Shown here one piece after another: positions 38,337 through 51,632 of a stretch of DNA of 64,000 nt. The position numbers were made by a program, and so were the translations under genes. The stretch comes from Macrostomum lignano. Lineage: Eukaryota. Below the pieces are notes generated by a model. The model saw nothing but the letters and a program-made list of their open reading frames with translations, ran no database searches and was not told where the DNA came from. The stretch is taken from positions 265,967 through 329,966 of the forward strand of contig NIVC01000512.1 of assembly GCA_002269645.1 (NCBI GenBank), written 5' to 3'. Every line of letters starts with the position of its first letter. Position 1 is the stretch's first letter.

Positions 38337-40817
38337 TAATACACTTTATCAAAAAATTTAAACCTTGGGTTAAAATTTTTCATTTTATTTATGAGACAAG
38401 CTTTTTCTTTAACGGTACTTTATTACCCCATCCGGATTGAATTCTCGACCTATTTTTATTTTCATCCGGGATTCTTGATCTTCATTATGATAATGATCCG
38501 GATTTGTTGACTAGACATTTACAGTGTATACAAACAAAACACACCGAACGTGTAACATTTGAAACAGGTTTAAGATAATCCGGATCCGGATCATGAAGAA
38601 CAGTCGACACTGTTTATAGGATCAAAGAAAACCAGCTAAAAGCAATAATTTTTTAAATCTGGAAGACTCCGAATAGTTCTGTTATGCTTCCAAAATAACC
38701 ATAATGATAGATTTCCTTTATTTCCTAATCTGTTTTTCAGTAATCTGCTTTGTTGTGTGGGATAGATTTCCTGGCCTAGCATATCTGAATCTAATTTGCC
38801 AACTGCTCGAAGCCGTATATTTGATTAATAGGCCTATCTATGACGAGAAATAACTTATTTTAGCATGTCATAGCTTAGTTTTCGCAGAATCGCAGTAGCT
38901 AAGGGATTGTCTTTAAGGCGGGCAAAGAACAATACCAGAGCACGCACGCACGCAGAGAAGCGTGCGTTAAGCAAAGAACAGCTAGCATTTGATAATTTAG
39001 TACTGACTGTTGTACTGTAAGCCTACTGTCATCTGTTGTACGCTCGCTTTACAACAAAATGATTTCAAAATTTCATTATTGAGATACACGTAAAACAAGT
39101 TTTAATATAACTTTAAGTATTAATTTGGTTCAATTAGATACGTTAGATTATTAAATAAGGTAAAAATTTGAATGCCAATTTTATCTAAAATATATATAAA
39201 GTAGCTGTGTCCCACTCGTGAGGCCATTCTATCCTCGGAAAACACGGCCTTACAGACCAGTAATGAATGCAGCGCTGCATGTAGCTTTATTTTGTTGTAT
39301 TGAAAACATTTGCGCACGCATGCACCAGCCTTGTATAGAGAATACAAATGACTCCAAACTCCCATTTTAGGCCTAGTTTTGTGGATAATTGGAAGTAAAG
39401 ATTGTAAAGAATCAATAAAGATTGATTTAAGGATTTTACTAAAGTTCAACAAGGTCGATAAAGTGCTACTAGGCCTATATTGAATTTTTTGTTTTGAAAA
39501 AAATTGATAGGCCTATATTGAATTTTTTTGTTTTGAAAAAAATTGATAGGCCTATATTAATTGAATTTTGAAATATTATAAACTGTTAAATTTAATTTTA
39601 TACATTATATGTATAATTGTTTAATTATTATTAAACTAAATAATTTAAAATCATAAAATGTAGGCCCCTATAATACATACAACTTAAGACAAAAAAGTCT
39701 CTTCATCTTTGTATAAATTGGTAGGCCTAGAACTTTTAAATTAGGCCTATGCTTTGTCTAGGCCTGTATCAATGAAATATGATAGGCCAAAGATTTTTTT
39801 ATTGTTATTTAGGAGAGAAGGGAAGGCAATCTTTTGGAATACTATCGACAACAAGTAATGTGATAATCTGCTAATCAAATTTAACAACTGCACTTGATAA
39901 ACCAATGTTTATTGTACTTTATAAGCCAATGATTATTGCACTTGATAAGCCAAGGATTATTGCACTTGATAAGACAATTATTATTGCATTTGATGTGTAA
40001 AGGATTATTTTACTAGATGAGTAAAAAGATTATTGAATTTGATGGTGCATCAATTATTGCACTAGATGATCAGGGGATGCCTGATATTGGGAAAGCGAAA
40101 GGCTGGCTCTTAGGAGGGGGTACATGCCATCATGCTTGGGCACAACCTTGGGATTCATTTGGCCGTTTCAATTGGCAACATACACATGTAAGTTGCTATT
40201 GGACAGAATAGTAATCACGTGACTGCTCTCAGCCAATAGCGACTTACATGTATGTGTTGCCAATAGAAACGGCCAGGTGATTCCTAAAGTTTTGCATGTA
40301 TGCATGCCATCTTGGAGTATACTATCTGGGGGATGCTTGCCATTGTATTTTGGGGATTTTGCTATTGTATTTGGGGGGGGGTACTTACTTTTGTATTTGG
40401 GTATATGTTTGCTATCTTGGAGGAAGGGGGTAAGGATACTTTTCTGCTTTTTTAATAAATACCAACATCAAAAAGTCTATGAAAGCTTAGTATATGCCTG
40501 TGTATACTAGTATATGCCAGAATGTAGCTTTGAGATAAATTTTGTATGCTAGTATACACTAGCCAATGCTTTGTATGCTTGATTAATCTTGAATTTTCTG
40601 CATTATCGACCTTATTGCATAGGTAAGCCTTGTAAAGGATTATTCTCCTTTAGGTTAGTAAAAGCAAAATCAAGTTTATAGAAATATAAATTTCAATACT
40701 GCATAGACACAAGCTATTGGCTTCTTTACAAACTAGCAATCATTATCTAGAACATTTTATTTAAACTTCAATTGAGTAGAGCAAGATTAATAGCATTTTG
40801 CTGGCTCATGCTTCCAG

Positions 40818-43800
40818 ATGCGCAGTGAATCTTGGTTAATGCTGCTTTGTGCTCTGTTCTGTTCGGCATTTGTGCCAGCCCAGTTCACGCAAGAGTGCCG
40901 TTCCGATACCTACCCACCCCCAAGCAGCTCAGAGGTGGAGTGGTTTGATGTCAGCTTAGACGAAGCTCCAATTATTCGCTGGCGCCATGTGGTAGCGCGC
41001 CGTCAATCCCAGATACGCGACCTACTGTTGCAGTTTAAAAATTTCATTCGGCAACTGACCGGCTCGAGTGTGTACTTTAACCTTGTTGCGCGGTCTCTGA
41101 CTCTTATTGCGCCCACTGTGCCGCAGCCCTACCAGGACGAAATGGTTGGCATTAGCACAGTGACTGGCATTCCATTGGGCGAGATTTTGCTTTACAATAT
41201 CTTCTACGAAGCCACTAACCTGTGCACGTCTGTGTTGGCTGAGGATTCCAAGGTAGATATAATATTTACTATCTTCTTAGTGAGACTTTCTGCTCAAGTC
41301 TGACAACACAACAAAAACAACAAAATACGCTGTCAGGATGGCAAAAGTCAGCGTCGCAGGGCGCGCTTCATGGCTTGGGCGCGAACAAAGGCCGCGCCAC
41401 CGGCAGTGTCCGGGGCGCCGGCGTCAGCCAGCAGACAGTCGACGTAACGCCGAGTTCGCGCTTGACCTCGCCGGTAGGGTGCCTGCAGTGTGAACAGCAG
41501 CACCTGCACCGGCTGTGGGCAGTACGACTCGGCGCAGATGAGATGGCCTGCGAGCTGGAGTCGCCGACGGCGCAGTAGATCGCTTGGACGTGGCAGGCCA
41601 GCGCGGCGATAGAGTGCCGCGTTGGTGACTCGCTCGACGCCGATGTTGAAGGCGGCGCGCAGCAGGCCAGCGTGCGCCGCATCGACTTGCTGAGACTTCT
41701 CAATTCTAAGACCCATTGAAAACGATACTCTACGGCCCCAGAGTCACTATAGAAGCGTCCGAGAGTAGTTTCAGAGTCGCAGACAATAAAGCATCTCAAA
41801 TTGGCTCTTAGGCCATCCTTTTTGGTAACTTGCGCCGTGCCGTGACATCTCGTCGTTTTGGACTCGTCTAGAGTCACTTCTTTCGTATTTACCTGTGTTA
41901 TCTGCAACAACTCTGGGGTGACGCAATTGACGGAAATGGCCCGAATGCCCGATTTTTTTAAGGGTGGCCCGAATTTATGTGTAGCTAATGGGCCTGATTT
42001 TTCCTCACTAATTCTTATTCTCTATTGACGAAGTCGTGAGAAGGACAGCCTTGCAGCCTTGGATTGCTGACCATCAGGGCACTTGTTGTATCACAATCGT
42101 GTCTGGTGGCTAAAGGTTGGGCTGCTGCCAGTCTGTAGGTCTCACCAGACTCAAAGAATTTGTGCGCCAGTGCCTATGCTGTATGCCGCTGGCAGCTGGA
42201 GGAGGAAAGATGATAATAACGTAAGAAAAGGGAGAAGCTGGAGAAGAGTCACGTCAGATATCCAAAATGAAAGTAGAGCCAGCAAGAAATACACCGACTT
42301 GGAGAAGTTGGTTCAGTAGACGCCCGAGCAGATTAGGGAGAAGCTGAAGCAGAGCAACTGTTGTTGGAGACGACAAAGGCCAAGGAAGCAAAAAAGTGCG
42401 GCCCGAAAAAACGGCTACCCCTCCCTCCCACAACTGATCGGGAGCTTTTTTGTGCGTATTTTTATTATTAATTCTCATTCTTATACCATGTACTCGTTAT
42501 TGATCATCGTTTCCATCTTGTCAGGGAGTCCTTTACCACGCTCGCAATCTGGATTTCGGTCTCTTCTTTGGCTGGGACAAAGCCAAAAAGACTTGGCTCG
42601 TCACCGAGTACCTTCGGCCAACCATTGTGAACATCCGGTTCAAGAAGTCCGGCCAGACGGTGTTCATGTCCACCCACTTTGCCGGCTATGTTGGCATTCT
42701 GACCGCCCTGAAGCCGGGCAGGTTCAGCCTCACCGTGAATTCTAGAAATAGTCTCGATGGCAGCTCGACTCTCGGCATCATCGAATGGATTCTGGGCAAG
42801 AGGGACGCCGTCTGGATGGGCTTCCTAACTCGCAGAGTCATGGAGACGGCCGACAGCTACGCCCAGGCCAAGCAGATGCTGACGGGCACCAAGATGCTGG
42901 CACCGGCCTACTTCATCTTGGGTGGCAACAGCACTATGCAGGTTCGTGAGTTACTAAAATTAGAATAATCGAAAGAGTATCCGATTTTATTAGTGACTGT
43001 ATTGTCAGATAAGGCTAGCTAGGCTTCCAAGGGGCTCTATGCACTGCTAGGTTGACTCAGCTGCAGAGGGGGGGGTCCGAGCATCCGGATACAACAGGGA
43101 AAGCCCCGGATACACCCCGGCAAGCACAGGCAGCTGGTGTTGCCGTGTCCGCAGCGCGGTCCCCCTCCGGGGAGTCCAGGAGGTGGATGGTCACTCGCCC
43201 GGTAGCTTTTAAGTAGCGGACGAGCTGGCAGAGATTCTCGGGCCTGAAAACGTCGAAGAGGTCCGAGTTTGTGCCGAGGTAGATGAGCCTGTCCTGGGTA
43301 AAGACGGGGCATTTGCAGGTGAAGTGCTCCGCATTCTCAACACCTAAGAGGCAGAATGGACATTCCTCACTGCTGATTTTTCCGTGGAGGTGACGATGAC
43401 TTGCAAAACAGCCATGACCCGGGAGGGCCATGGTCACCGCCCTAGTGTCGCTGCGGCTTTACATAGGTTAGATAGAACTTTATAATTGCTCACACAACCC
43501 TGCGGATTAGATCGAGTCTAAGAATTCTGTAGTCTAAACTTTATATATTTATAAATATTTGATATTCAAAAGTTAAAAGTCTCGAAATTACACTGTCCGA
43601 CAAGCCAAATCTACTACAAATCAAATGATTCTAATCTCCTCCCGGCTGCACTGGCGCAGGGCTGCATCATCACCCGGTCCCGAAACGCCGCCATCGACGT
43701 GTGGGAGCGCTCGGCGGCCGCCAACCACACCTGGTACCTGCTGCAGACCAACTACGATCACTGGAAGCCACCGTTTGTGCTTGACGACAGGCGAACCCCC

Positions 43801-43980
43801 GGCAACAAGTGCATGATGGCCAAGGGTCAGGCTAGCATGGGGTTCAAGGAGATCTTCAATGTGCTGAGCTCGATTCCTGTGCTCAACAAGCTCACAACTT
43901 ACACGGCTCTGATGCGGGTGGACACGGGAGAGTATCACAGCTACCGCCAGACCTGCAAGGACCCGTGTCCGATTTGGTAG
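40818..43980 (+). CDS. ASAH1: Acid ceramidase paralog 1; exons 40818-41252, 42525-42941, 43660-43980
   Basis: Signal peptide, YEATNL-CTS autocleavage Cys, [42 protein letters not shown]-terminal CKDPCPIW. All joins are phase 0. Confidence 0.92.
41300..41716 (-). mobile_element. 3' fragment of an RTE-like non-LTR retrotransposon in ASAH1 intron 1
   Basis: LRAAFNI...TNAALY...RRRRLQLAGH post-RT motif, followed by a TTG-rich tail. Confidence 0.7.
43020..43445 (-). mobile_element. 3' fragment of a CCHC-bearing LINE in ASAH1 intron 2
   Basis: GHGCFASH...CPFC...ENAEHFTCKCP zinc knuckle typical of I/R1/Jockey-group ORF2 ends. Confidence 0.65.
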
Positions 43981-44267
43981 ATTGGCATTAAACTGACTCA
44001 ATTTGTGCTTGTTTTATAAAGCAGATTTTAACTGCTTTGGTGCGTGGCTTTCAATTTTGTTTTTTAAATTCCATTTTCACTAACTTCCTGCATTCAGAGT
44101 TTTTTAATGCACTTTTACAATATTTTCTATCTTCCGCAATAGTCAGTTGTCTTTGATCGCTTTTAAAAAATATAATATTTTGTAAGCTCGATTGAAGCTT
44201 TGCTTGTCACTATAATAAACTATTTTGTTGATCCTGATTTTTTAATACTTGCTAGCTGATTCAAAGA

Positions 44268-44830
44268 CTTAGGGAGCGGAGAGGCAGATTCAAGGACTTA
44301 GGGAGCGGAGAGGCAGATTCAAGGACTGAGAGAGCGGAGAGGCAGATTCAAAGACTGAGGGAGCGGAGAGGCAGATTCAAGGACTGAGGGAGCGGAGGGG
44401 CAGATTCAAGGACACTGAGGGAGCGGAGAGGCAGATTCAAGGACACTGAGGGAGCGGAGAGGCAAATTCAAGGACTGAGGGAGCGGAGAGGCAGATTCAA
44501 GGACTGAGAGAGCGGAGAGACAGGTTCAAGGACTGAGGGAGCGGAGAGGCAGATTCAAGGACACCGAGGAAGCGGAGAGGCAGATTCAAGGACACCGAGG
44601 GAGCGGAGAGGCAGATTCAAGGACTGAGGGAGCGGAGAGGCAGATTCAAGGACACTGAGGGAGCGGAGAGGCAGATTCAAGGACACTGAGGGAGCGGAGA
44701 GGCAGATTCAAGGACACTGAGGGAGCGGAGAGGTAGATTCAAGGACACTGAGGGAGCGGAGAGGCAGATTCAAGGACACTGAGGGAGCGGAGAGGCAAAT
44801 TCAAGGACTGAGGGAGCGGAGAGGCAGCGG
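44268..44830. repeat. 29-31-bp minisatellite
   Basis: Unit GAGGGAGCGGAGAGGCAGATTCAAGGAC(AC)T. Confidence 0.92.
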
Positions 44831-44967
44831 AGGGAACTGGGGAAGTAGCCAGACAAGGAGGAATTTAGACAAACTAACAACTAGTGGATGCTTGTGCTAA
44901 ATTATTAAATCTATTATTTCCCGATTGCAGCTCATTGATTTGTCCACTGATTGCATTGCCAACAAGC

Positions 44968-46398
44968 ATGAAGCTGACGCCCGAGCTTATACAGAACTCG
45001 GTGCAGACCACTAATCCGCTGGGTGACCGCGAACTAGATCTGCGAGGATACAAGGTGGCTTTGTTAGAGAATCTCAGCGCTACTCTGGACCAGTTTGATA
45101 CCATCGACCTCACAGATAATGAGGTATATATAATGCTTCCATTGCAACACTATCATTGATGTACTCTCAGCTTGATGCATCACTCTCTGTTCGTTGTTTG
45201 GCCTAGCTGATATGCATGTACTCTCCAATCTCACTTTCTCTTCCTCTTAACAAACTGCCGGAACGGAGAGACAGATTCTTCCTCTAACAAACTGCCATTC
45301 TTCCTCAAACAAACTGCTATTCTTTCCCTAACAAACTGCCATTCTTCCTCAAACAAACTGCTATTCTTTCCCTAACAAACTGCCATTCTTCCTCAAACAA
45401 ACTGCTATTCTTTCCCTAACAAACTGTCATTCTTTCCCTAACAATCTGCCATTCTTCCTCAAACAAACTGCCATTCTTCCTTCAACAAACTGCCATTCTT
45501 CCTCTAACAAACTACCATTCTTTCCCTAACAAACTGTCATTCTTTCCCTAACAATCTGCCATTCTTCCTCTAACAAACTACCATTCTTCACCTAACAAAC
45601 TACCATTCTTCACCTAACAAACTACCATTCTTCACCTAACAAACTACCATTCTTCACCTAACAAACTACCATTCTTCACCTAACAAACTACCATTCTTCA
45701 CCTAACAAACTACCATTCTTCACCTAACAAACTGCCATTCTTACTGCCCTAACAAACGCATTCTTCCCACGAATCGGCAGATCCGCAAGCTGGACGGCTT
45801 CCCCCACCTGCCCCGGCTGGCAAACCTGATGCTGAACAATAACAAGGTGATGCGCATTGGCGACGGCCTTTCAAGCAGCCTGCCGCGCCTGTCGACCCTC
45901 CTGCTGACCAACAACTGCCTGCAGGAGCTGGCGGACTTGGAGCCCCTGACCGCCCTGAAGCGGCTGCGCTTCCTGTCCCTGCTGAAGAACCCCGTCTGCA
46001 GCCGGCGCAACTACCGCCTACACGTGGTGCACAAGCTGCCCAGTCTGCGCTTCCTCGACTTTCGACGCATCACCGACGCCGAACGTCGACAAGCGGCCGC
46101 GCTGTTTACCTCCGGTGGCGTCGGGGATGTCGCCGATAAATCGGCGGCGAGCTTGAAGTCCAAGCCTGCCAAGACTTTCACGCCCGGAGCGCCAGTGCCG
46201 GCGGCTGCTGCCGCTGCGTCGGCGCCTGTCTCGGCAGCCGGCGGCCCGACTTCCGCTGACCTGCTGGCTGTGCGCGAGGCGATCCGGCGGGCAAACACCC
46301 TGGACGAGGTGGACCGGCTCAACCGGCTGCTCACTACAGGAAACTATGCCGGCTTTGCTAAGACTGGCGGCGGAGGCGGCGGAGAGAAGCAGGCCTGA
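44968..46398 (+). CDS. SNRPA1: U2 snRNP protein A'; exons 44968-45123 and 45781-46398
   Basis: MKLTPELIQNS..TNPLGDRELDLRGYK...DQFDTIDLTDNE|IRKLDGFP, leucine-rich repeats, YRLHVVHKLPSLRFLDF, C-terminal AIRRANTLDEVDRLNRLL. Confidence 0.95.
45240..45765. repeat. ~22-bp intronic satellite in SNRPA1
   Basis: Unit TACCATTCTTCACCTAACAAAC. Confidence 0.9.
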
Positions 46399-46504
46399 CT
46401 GTCTGTTGTTATTGCATTGCTCTGTCTGCCGTGACGCGTTCTGTACTCTGCTTTTCTATTAGTCAATTGTTTCATTCATTGGCCTCATCAGCATGTTTAA
46501 TTAG

Positions 46505-47065
46505 GTGCTCCATGGATGGCTCCTTGCCCCTCACTGAAGCCATGGATGGGTCCTTTGGTCATTCCCCACTCACTGAAGCCATGGATGGGTTCTTTAATTG
46601 GTCAGCCATTTCCCCTCACTGAAGCCATGGATGGCTCCTTTGGTCATTCCCCACTCACTGAAGCCATGGATGGGTCCTTTAATTAGTCAGCCATTCCCCC
46701 TCACTGAAGCCATAGATGGGTCCTTTGGTCATTCCCGACTCACTGAAGCCATGGATGGGTCCTTTAATTGGTCAGCCATTCCCCCTCACTGAAGCCATGG
46801 ATGGGTTCTTTAATTGGTCAGCCATTCCCCCTCACTGAAGCCATGGATGGCTCCTTTAATTGGTCAGCCATTCCCCCTCACTGAAGCCATGGATGGGTCC
46901 TTTAATTGGTCAGCCATTCCCCCTCACTGAAGCCATGGATGGGTCCTTTAATTGGTCAGCCATTCCCCCTCACTGAAGCCATGGATGGGTCCTTTAATTG
47001 GTCAGCCATTCCCCCTCACTGAAGCCATGGATGGCTCCTTTAATTGGTCAGCCATTCCCCCTCCC
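46505..47065. repeat. 46-bp minisatellite
   Basis: Unit TGGTCAGCCATTCCCCCTCACTGAAGCCATGGATGGGTCCTTTAAT. Confidence 0.92.
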
Positions 47066-47477
47066 TGAAGAAATAAAGGTGATCCCTTGGTCGGCCATTG
47101 TGAAAGAATTGGGATTGGGATATTGGCGAAGTGCGGTTTTTATTAGGCAAAATAAATTTTATACTATGCTGCACAAAAAGACGCTGACGCATTCATTCAT
47201 TTCCTACCTACCGTTTAATACTGTGGATGACGCATTTCCTTCGTGTCGGTGGGCTCTTGAAAGAGTCGAAGCGATTTGTGTTTTTTTCCAGTTTGATCAC
47301 ATTGGCTGGATTTGACTTGTTCCTTTTTTCTTAAATTAGTATCTTATTCTTAGTTAAACTCATCGTAACAATTAGGTAATTAGCTTGATGAATGTCGTAA
47401 ATAGGACTTTACGCATCTGAATTTCAAATGTCAATTTTGTTGTTAAATAAAAAAATATTTTTCATTCTTTCAACTTA

Positions 47478-47850
47478 GGGCGGCCGTAGCCCAGTGGTCC
47501 AGCGCGGCGCTCTGGTGTGCCAGCGGCCCAGGCTCGATTCCCAGTGCAGTCACATTAATTTGGGGCTAAATTGGAATCTCGGCTTGGCTCTGCTCGTGCA
47601 ATCAACGCCCTTGAGGGTCAACCCCTATGGCACAGTGAAGTGTACATGCCTAACGAATAAAGTTAGGGCCGCTGTGCACTCCTGTGTGTGCCTGTGCGTA
47701 TGACTGCGTACGTATCCGCGCGCTTGTGTGCCTGCTCAGGGGAGTCAGCGGAATGGGCAGTAATGCCTCTCGCCGGTTGTGTGACCATGTCGCTTAAATG
47801 CACACAGACCCTGTCTCTATTAATAAATGCTTCAATTTAACCTTAAAAGA
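47478..47850 (+). mobile_element. Putative tRNA-derived SINE
   Basis: A-box TAGCCCAGTGG (47487) and B-box-like GGCTCGATTCC (47531), non-tRNA body, AT-rich end. Confidence 0.55.
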
Positions 47851-48090
47851 ATTAGGATACTAATGTTCTTGATTTAAGAACACAAAGTTACAGATTAGAG
47901 AAAGAAAGAAATTGTAGGAAATCTTCAAATAATCAATCATAGGATATCTATATAAATGACTTATTACAGATTATTAAATACTAAAATTTTCAGCCAACGT
48001 TGAGCCCGTTGTCAGGGGACAATTAAAAACTTCAAAGAATCCACTGAACTGAAATTTCCTGACTAACGAAAGCATCGATAAAAAGTAGGC

Positions 48091-49016
48091 ATGGCATCCG
48101 GTGTATCAGTTGATCCTCAGGTTGAAGAGCACTTCAAAGCCATCAAGATCGGGCACAGGTATCGCTACATTGTGTTTCACATAGTCAACGATTCCACCAT
48201 CACCACGGAGCGCATTGTTGAGGAGAGCAGCTACGAAGATTTCGTTGATTCCTTGCCTAGAAACGATTGTCGCTACATTATTTACGATTACGCCTACACG
48301 CTGGAGGATGGCGGCAAGCGGGAGAAGCTGCTGTTTATTCACTGGGCACCGGATGTGTGCAAAATTCGCTGCAAAATGATCTACGCCTCATCCAAGGTTT
48401 GTAGTGCTAAGCTCTTAAGCTTCTTGATTTATACTTTAAAACACTTATGGTTAGCAAATATCAGTTTTGTTCTTAATAAATTGTTCCGGTCGGTTGCTAT
48501 GGTGATTGGTCGTGGTTGCTATGGAGATTAGTGATGGTTGCTATGGTGGTTCGTCATGGTTGCTATGGTGATTGGTCATGATTGCTATGGTAATTGGTCG
48601 TTGCTGTTATCGTGATTGGTAATGGTTGCTATGGTGATCGGTCATGGTTGCTATGGTAATTGGTCATGGTTGCTATGGTAATTGGTCATGGTTGCTATGC
48701 TGATTGGTCATGGTTGCTATCGCAATTGGTCCTTGTATCTATGGTCATTAGGCCCGGTAGCAAGTATATTAGGAAATATTACGCTATTTAGATTGAAGCA
48801 AAGTATCGTAGAACAATCCAAGTGGTAAGTCAATGTGGGTTGCTATGGTAAATTTTTTCAAACGAAGCTTAACAATCGCATGATTATAATTTTCAGGACG
48901 CCATCAAGCACAAGCTGCGCGGCGTGGTGGAGATTCAGGCCAACGATATCAGTGAAGTGGCCGAGGACTGCATCCGCGATCGGCTGAAGGCCGCCGGAGC
49001 CTCCGGCGACAAGTGA
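48091..49016 (+). CDS. CFL/ADF: Cofilin/actin-depolymerizing factor; exons 48091-48396 and 48897-49016
   Basis: MASGVSV, RYRYIVFHI, LPRNDCRYIIYD, LLFIHWAPD...KMIYASSK|DAIKHKLRG..EIQAND; 141 aa. Confidence 0.95.
48495..48745. repeat. 22-bp intronic repeat in cofilin
   Basis: Unit TGGTCATGGTTGCTATGGTAAT. Confidence 0.9.
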
Positions 49017-50280
49017 AACCTGTTGGTTGATTTATTGACAAATCTATTGCAGAATGAAAGGATAGAATTAACTGGTTGGCATGCAGTTGTGCACCTACGG
49101 ATAAGGGGCTTACCTTTATTTGGACTCTTCTTTACAGTTGATTTCTTGTATTGAAAGCGATACTTTATTTCTTGCTTGTCAAATATTTTCCAACACTAAA
49201 AACCAAGATAGAGTGAAGCATATCGAGTACATTGCGCTACTACGCATTGCATGCCTTCTCAAAAGCTTTCCGAGTACTCCCATTGTCCCAGATACGAGTG
49301 CACACTCGAAATTTTTTGCTTGATGATAATTAGATACACCCTGCTGCATGGCTTTCTACTTACTTTTTGAAGTGACAGTGGACAGTAGTAGTATAGTTAG
49401 TACTTGCTGTGCTAAATTTATTTTATTCTCCTCACCTCTCACAGTAAGGCATCTATTTGCATCAATTTTTTACAGTCCTTTTCTATTCGACTATTCAGCA
49501 GTATTTTTTTCAGTCCTTTTTAGTGTTGCTATTTATCACTTTCAATTTCTAGTCGTTTTTTTGTTTTATTTTCCCCGCCCACCTACCTGCCGTCTTTGAA
49601 GTGCTAATGCTCGCTAATAACCTGGCTAAAATAGTACACGCCTTTGATTTACCTAATTCTACTCAAGCATCGAGTATCTGTCATGTTTCTGTTTGATTAC
49701 TGAAATTTATTAATTAGTGAGCATATAGGAGGCAATTAAATTTGGTTTGCCTTTTTTACAGTGACGATGCGCCAGTCGGCAGTTGAGTAGAGCTCATATG
49801 AGTAGCTGCTTTACTGACGGATGTGCAATACACCCTATCTGAAGCGTTTGATTTTTGCCTTTTTCATTTGAACCGTTTTAGAGGCTTTAGAGGCCAGTAT
49901 CCATAGTCTAGTGGTCTTGGTCTAGCTTATTAATCTGGCGCCATTTAGGGACTTGTCTGGCTACCGGGTCGGGAAACGAACCCGCTTCCACCCAAAAAGC
50001 TTAGTTCCCAGTTCTCATACTTTGCAGGTACAGGTAACAGTAATAAGTAGACCGTATTAAGTATAGTTGGCATACTTAGTATATTGTAATGACTAGCACA
50101 CTTTTTGGGACTTAAATGAAGTTTTAAAAGTATAATCAACATTTCATCACAGTTTTGCACAAGTGCTGTGTTAATTGCATACATAAATTCGCATGATTCA
50201 CAGTTAACCAATGGCCCTGATACGCTTAGACATCAAGGCAGACAATTAAACGGCCTGTTGCGCATTTTTTCGTCACTTTG

Positions 50281-51632
50281 TACATCGGCTGTCCGGAAAG
50301 TCGTGAGATTGTATTTAAAAAAACCAGTCAGAACTATCAGAAAACACGATAACAGCACTAGTTGGTAATGTAATCTCCCCTTGCGTTGATTACAGCTTGG
50401 CAATGGTCAACGAGTCGCTGAACCTCTCTTTTCAAGCAATCTTCGTCAAGGCCTCTTGCCCATTGCAATGCAGCTTCTCGAACTTCATTGTGGTCGCTGA
50501 ACACTCGCCTGGAGAAATCAGTCTTCATCTAAATGAACAAAAAATGGTCGCACAAATTGAAGTCTGGGCCGTAAGGACTCTGAAACACCAGCTGAACTCC
50601 ACGGGACTCCATGTACTGCTGCACAGAACGGGCTACGTGAGGTCGCGCATTGTCCCACTGCCAAAGAACATCCGACAGATGAATTGGCCTTGACCTGAGA
50701 GTACGCCATAGATCTCCGGTGTGCCGAATGAACTCAACTATGCCATTTGCATCAGCAGTTTGCTTTGGGGCTGTGGATTCAATGGAGAAGCGCTTGTTTG
50801 GAGTAAAAGCAACCAGAAGCATTGTCTTTGCATTGCCGACTGAGTGCCTGACAACCTAGGGCCGATGATCCCCTTGGCCAAGCCAGCACCTGTTGTTTTG
50901 CTTTGTGCCAGTGTTGTTCAGGTACTCCCACGTCTCATCTTCCACCACGTACTTGTCGCAAAAGTTTTTCATGCCCTCGTAAAAAAGCCCGCGAATTTGC
51001 TTGGCACAATTGATGCGAGCAGTCTTGTTCTCCTCGGATAGAGCATGCGGAACCCAGACAGCAGAAACGTTTCGAAGGTGCAAATCCTCAGTCACAATTT
51101 CGCGCACTGTTGTTTTTCCAACTTCCAAAAAGTCAGCGAGGTCTCGGACACTAACTTTTGGATCCTCTTCAATAAGAGCTCGGCAGGTTTCGATCAGTTC
51201 CGCTGTCCTTGTTGACCGTGGCCGGCCAGTCCGAGGAGCTGAGACCGGGGGAAATGCTTCGTCACGGAACTTCGAATACCATCTGTAAACCGTTGACTGA
51301 CCTGGTGCAGCATCTCCATAAACTTTGAGCAGCTCGTCATGGCAGCTGATAGCGGAGATTCCAAGACGGTATCTAGCATAGGCATAACCCTGGAAGTCTT
51401 CCATTTTGAAGAACTCGCTGTCAAAATTTTCAAGCTTGATCACCGCGTTGCATTTGTTATTGAGCACTTTATACTGAGCTCGCCCCTGCCCCCCAATTTT
51501 GCTACTAGAATAACAAGAATTTTCACCATTGACATATATGAGTCTATTATTGAAAATTTATGTGTGCCACGTCAACAGCTTGCTGCTTTCTTGCTTAATT
51601 GACACATTCTCATGACTTTCCGGACAGAAGTA
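50281..51632 (-). mobile_element. Mariner-type transposon with frameshifted transposase
   Basis: Imperfect TIRs (CTGTCCGGAAAGTCGTGAGA at ~50289, TCTCATGACTTTCCGGACAG at ~51608). Transposase has an HTH, WVPHAL, EDETW, WDNARPH and SPYGPDFNLCD, with a frameshift near 50860. Confidence 0.88.

Larger units (their letters stand above)
30316..38700. other. Complemented-but-not-reversed block (right boundary between about 38620 and 38775)
   Basis: In-phase satellite flip. Decoded ORFs, splice site and transposon motifs appear only after complementing. The TAGGCCTA motif common after 38830 appears as ATCCGGAT inside the block. Confidence 0.95.

Noticed and set aside
30316-38700. A real biological 'mirror' or parallel-strand rearrangement
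   Set aside because: No known polymerase or recombinase yields a complement without reversal. A processing bug explains the zero-indel junction more simply. Only raw reads could overturn this.
39120-39452. 110-aa ORF in AT-rich DNA
   Set aside because: No motif, and codon usage is unlike the host genes.
47478-47550. tRNA gene
   Set aside because: No convincing acceptor stem or anticodon arm, and no T-run terminator; treated as a SINE head.
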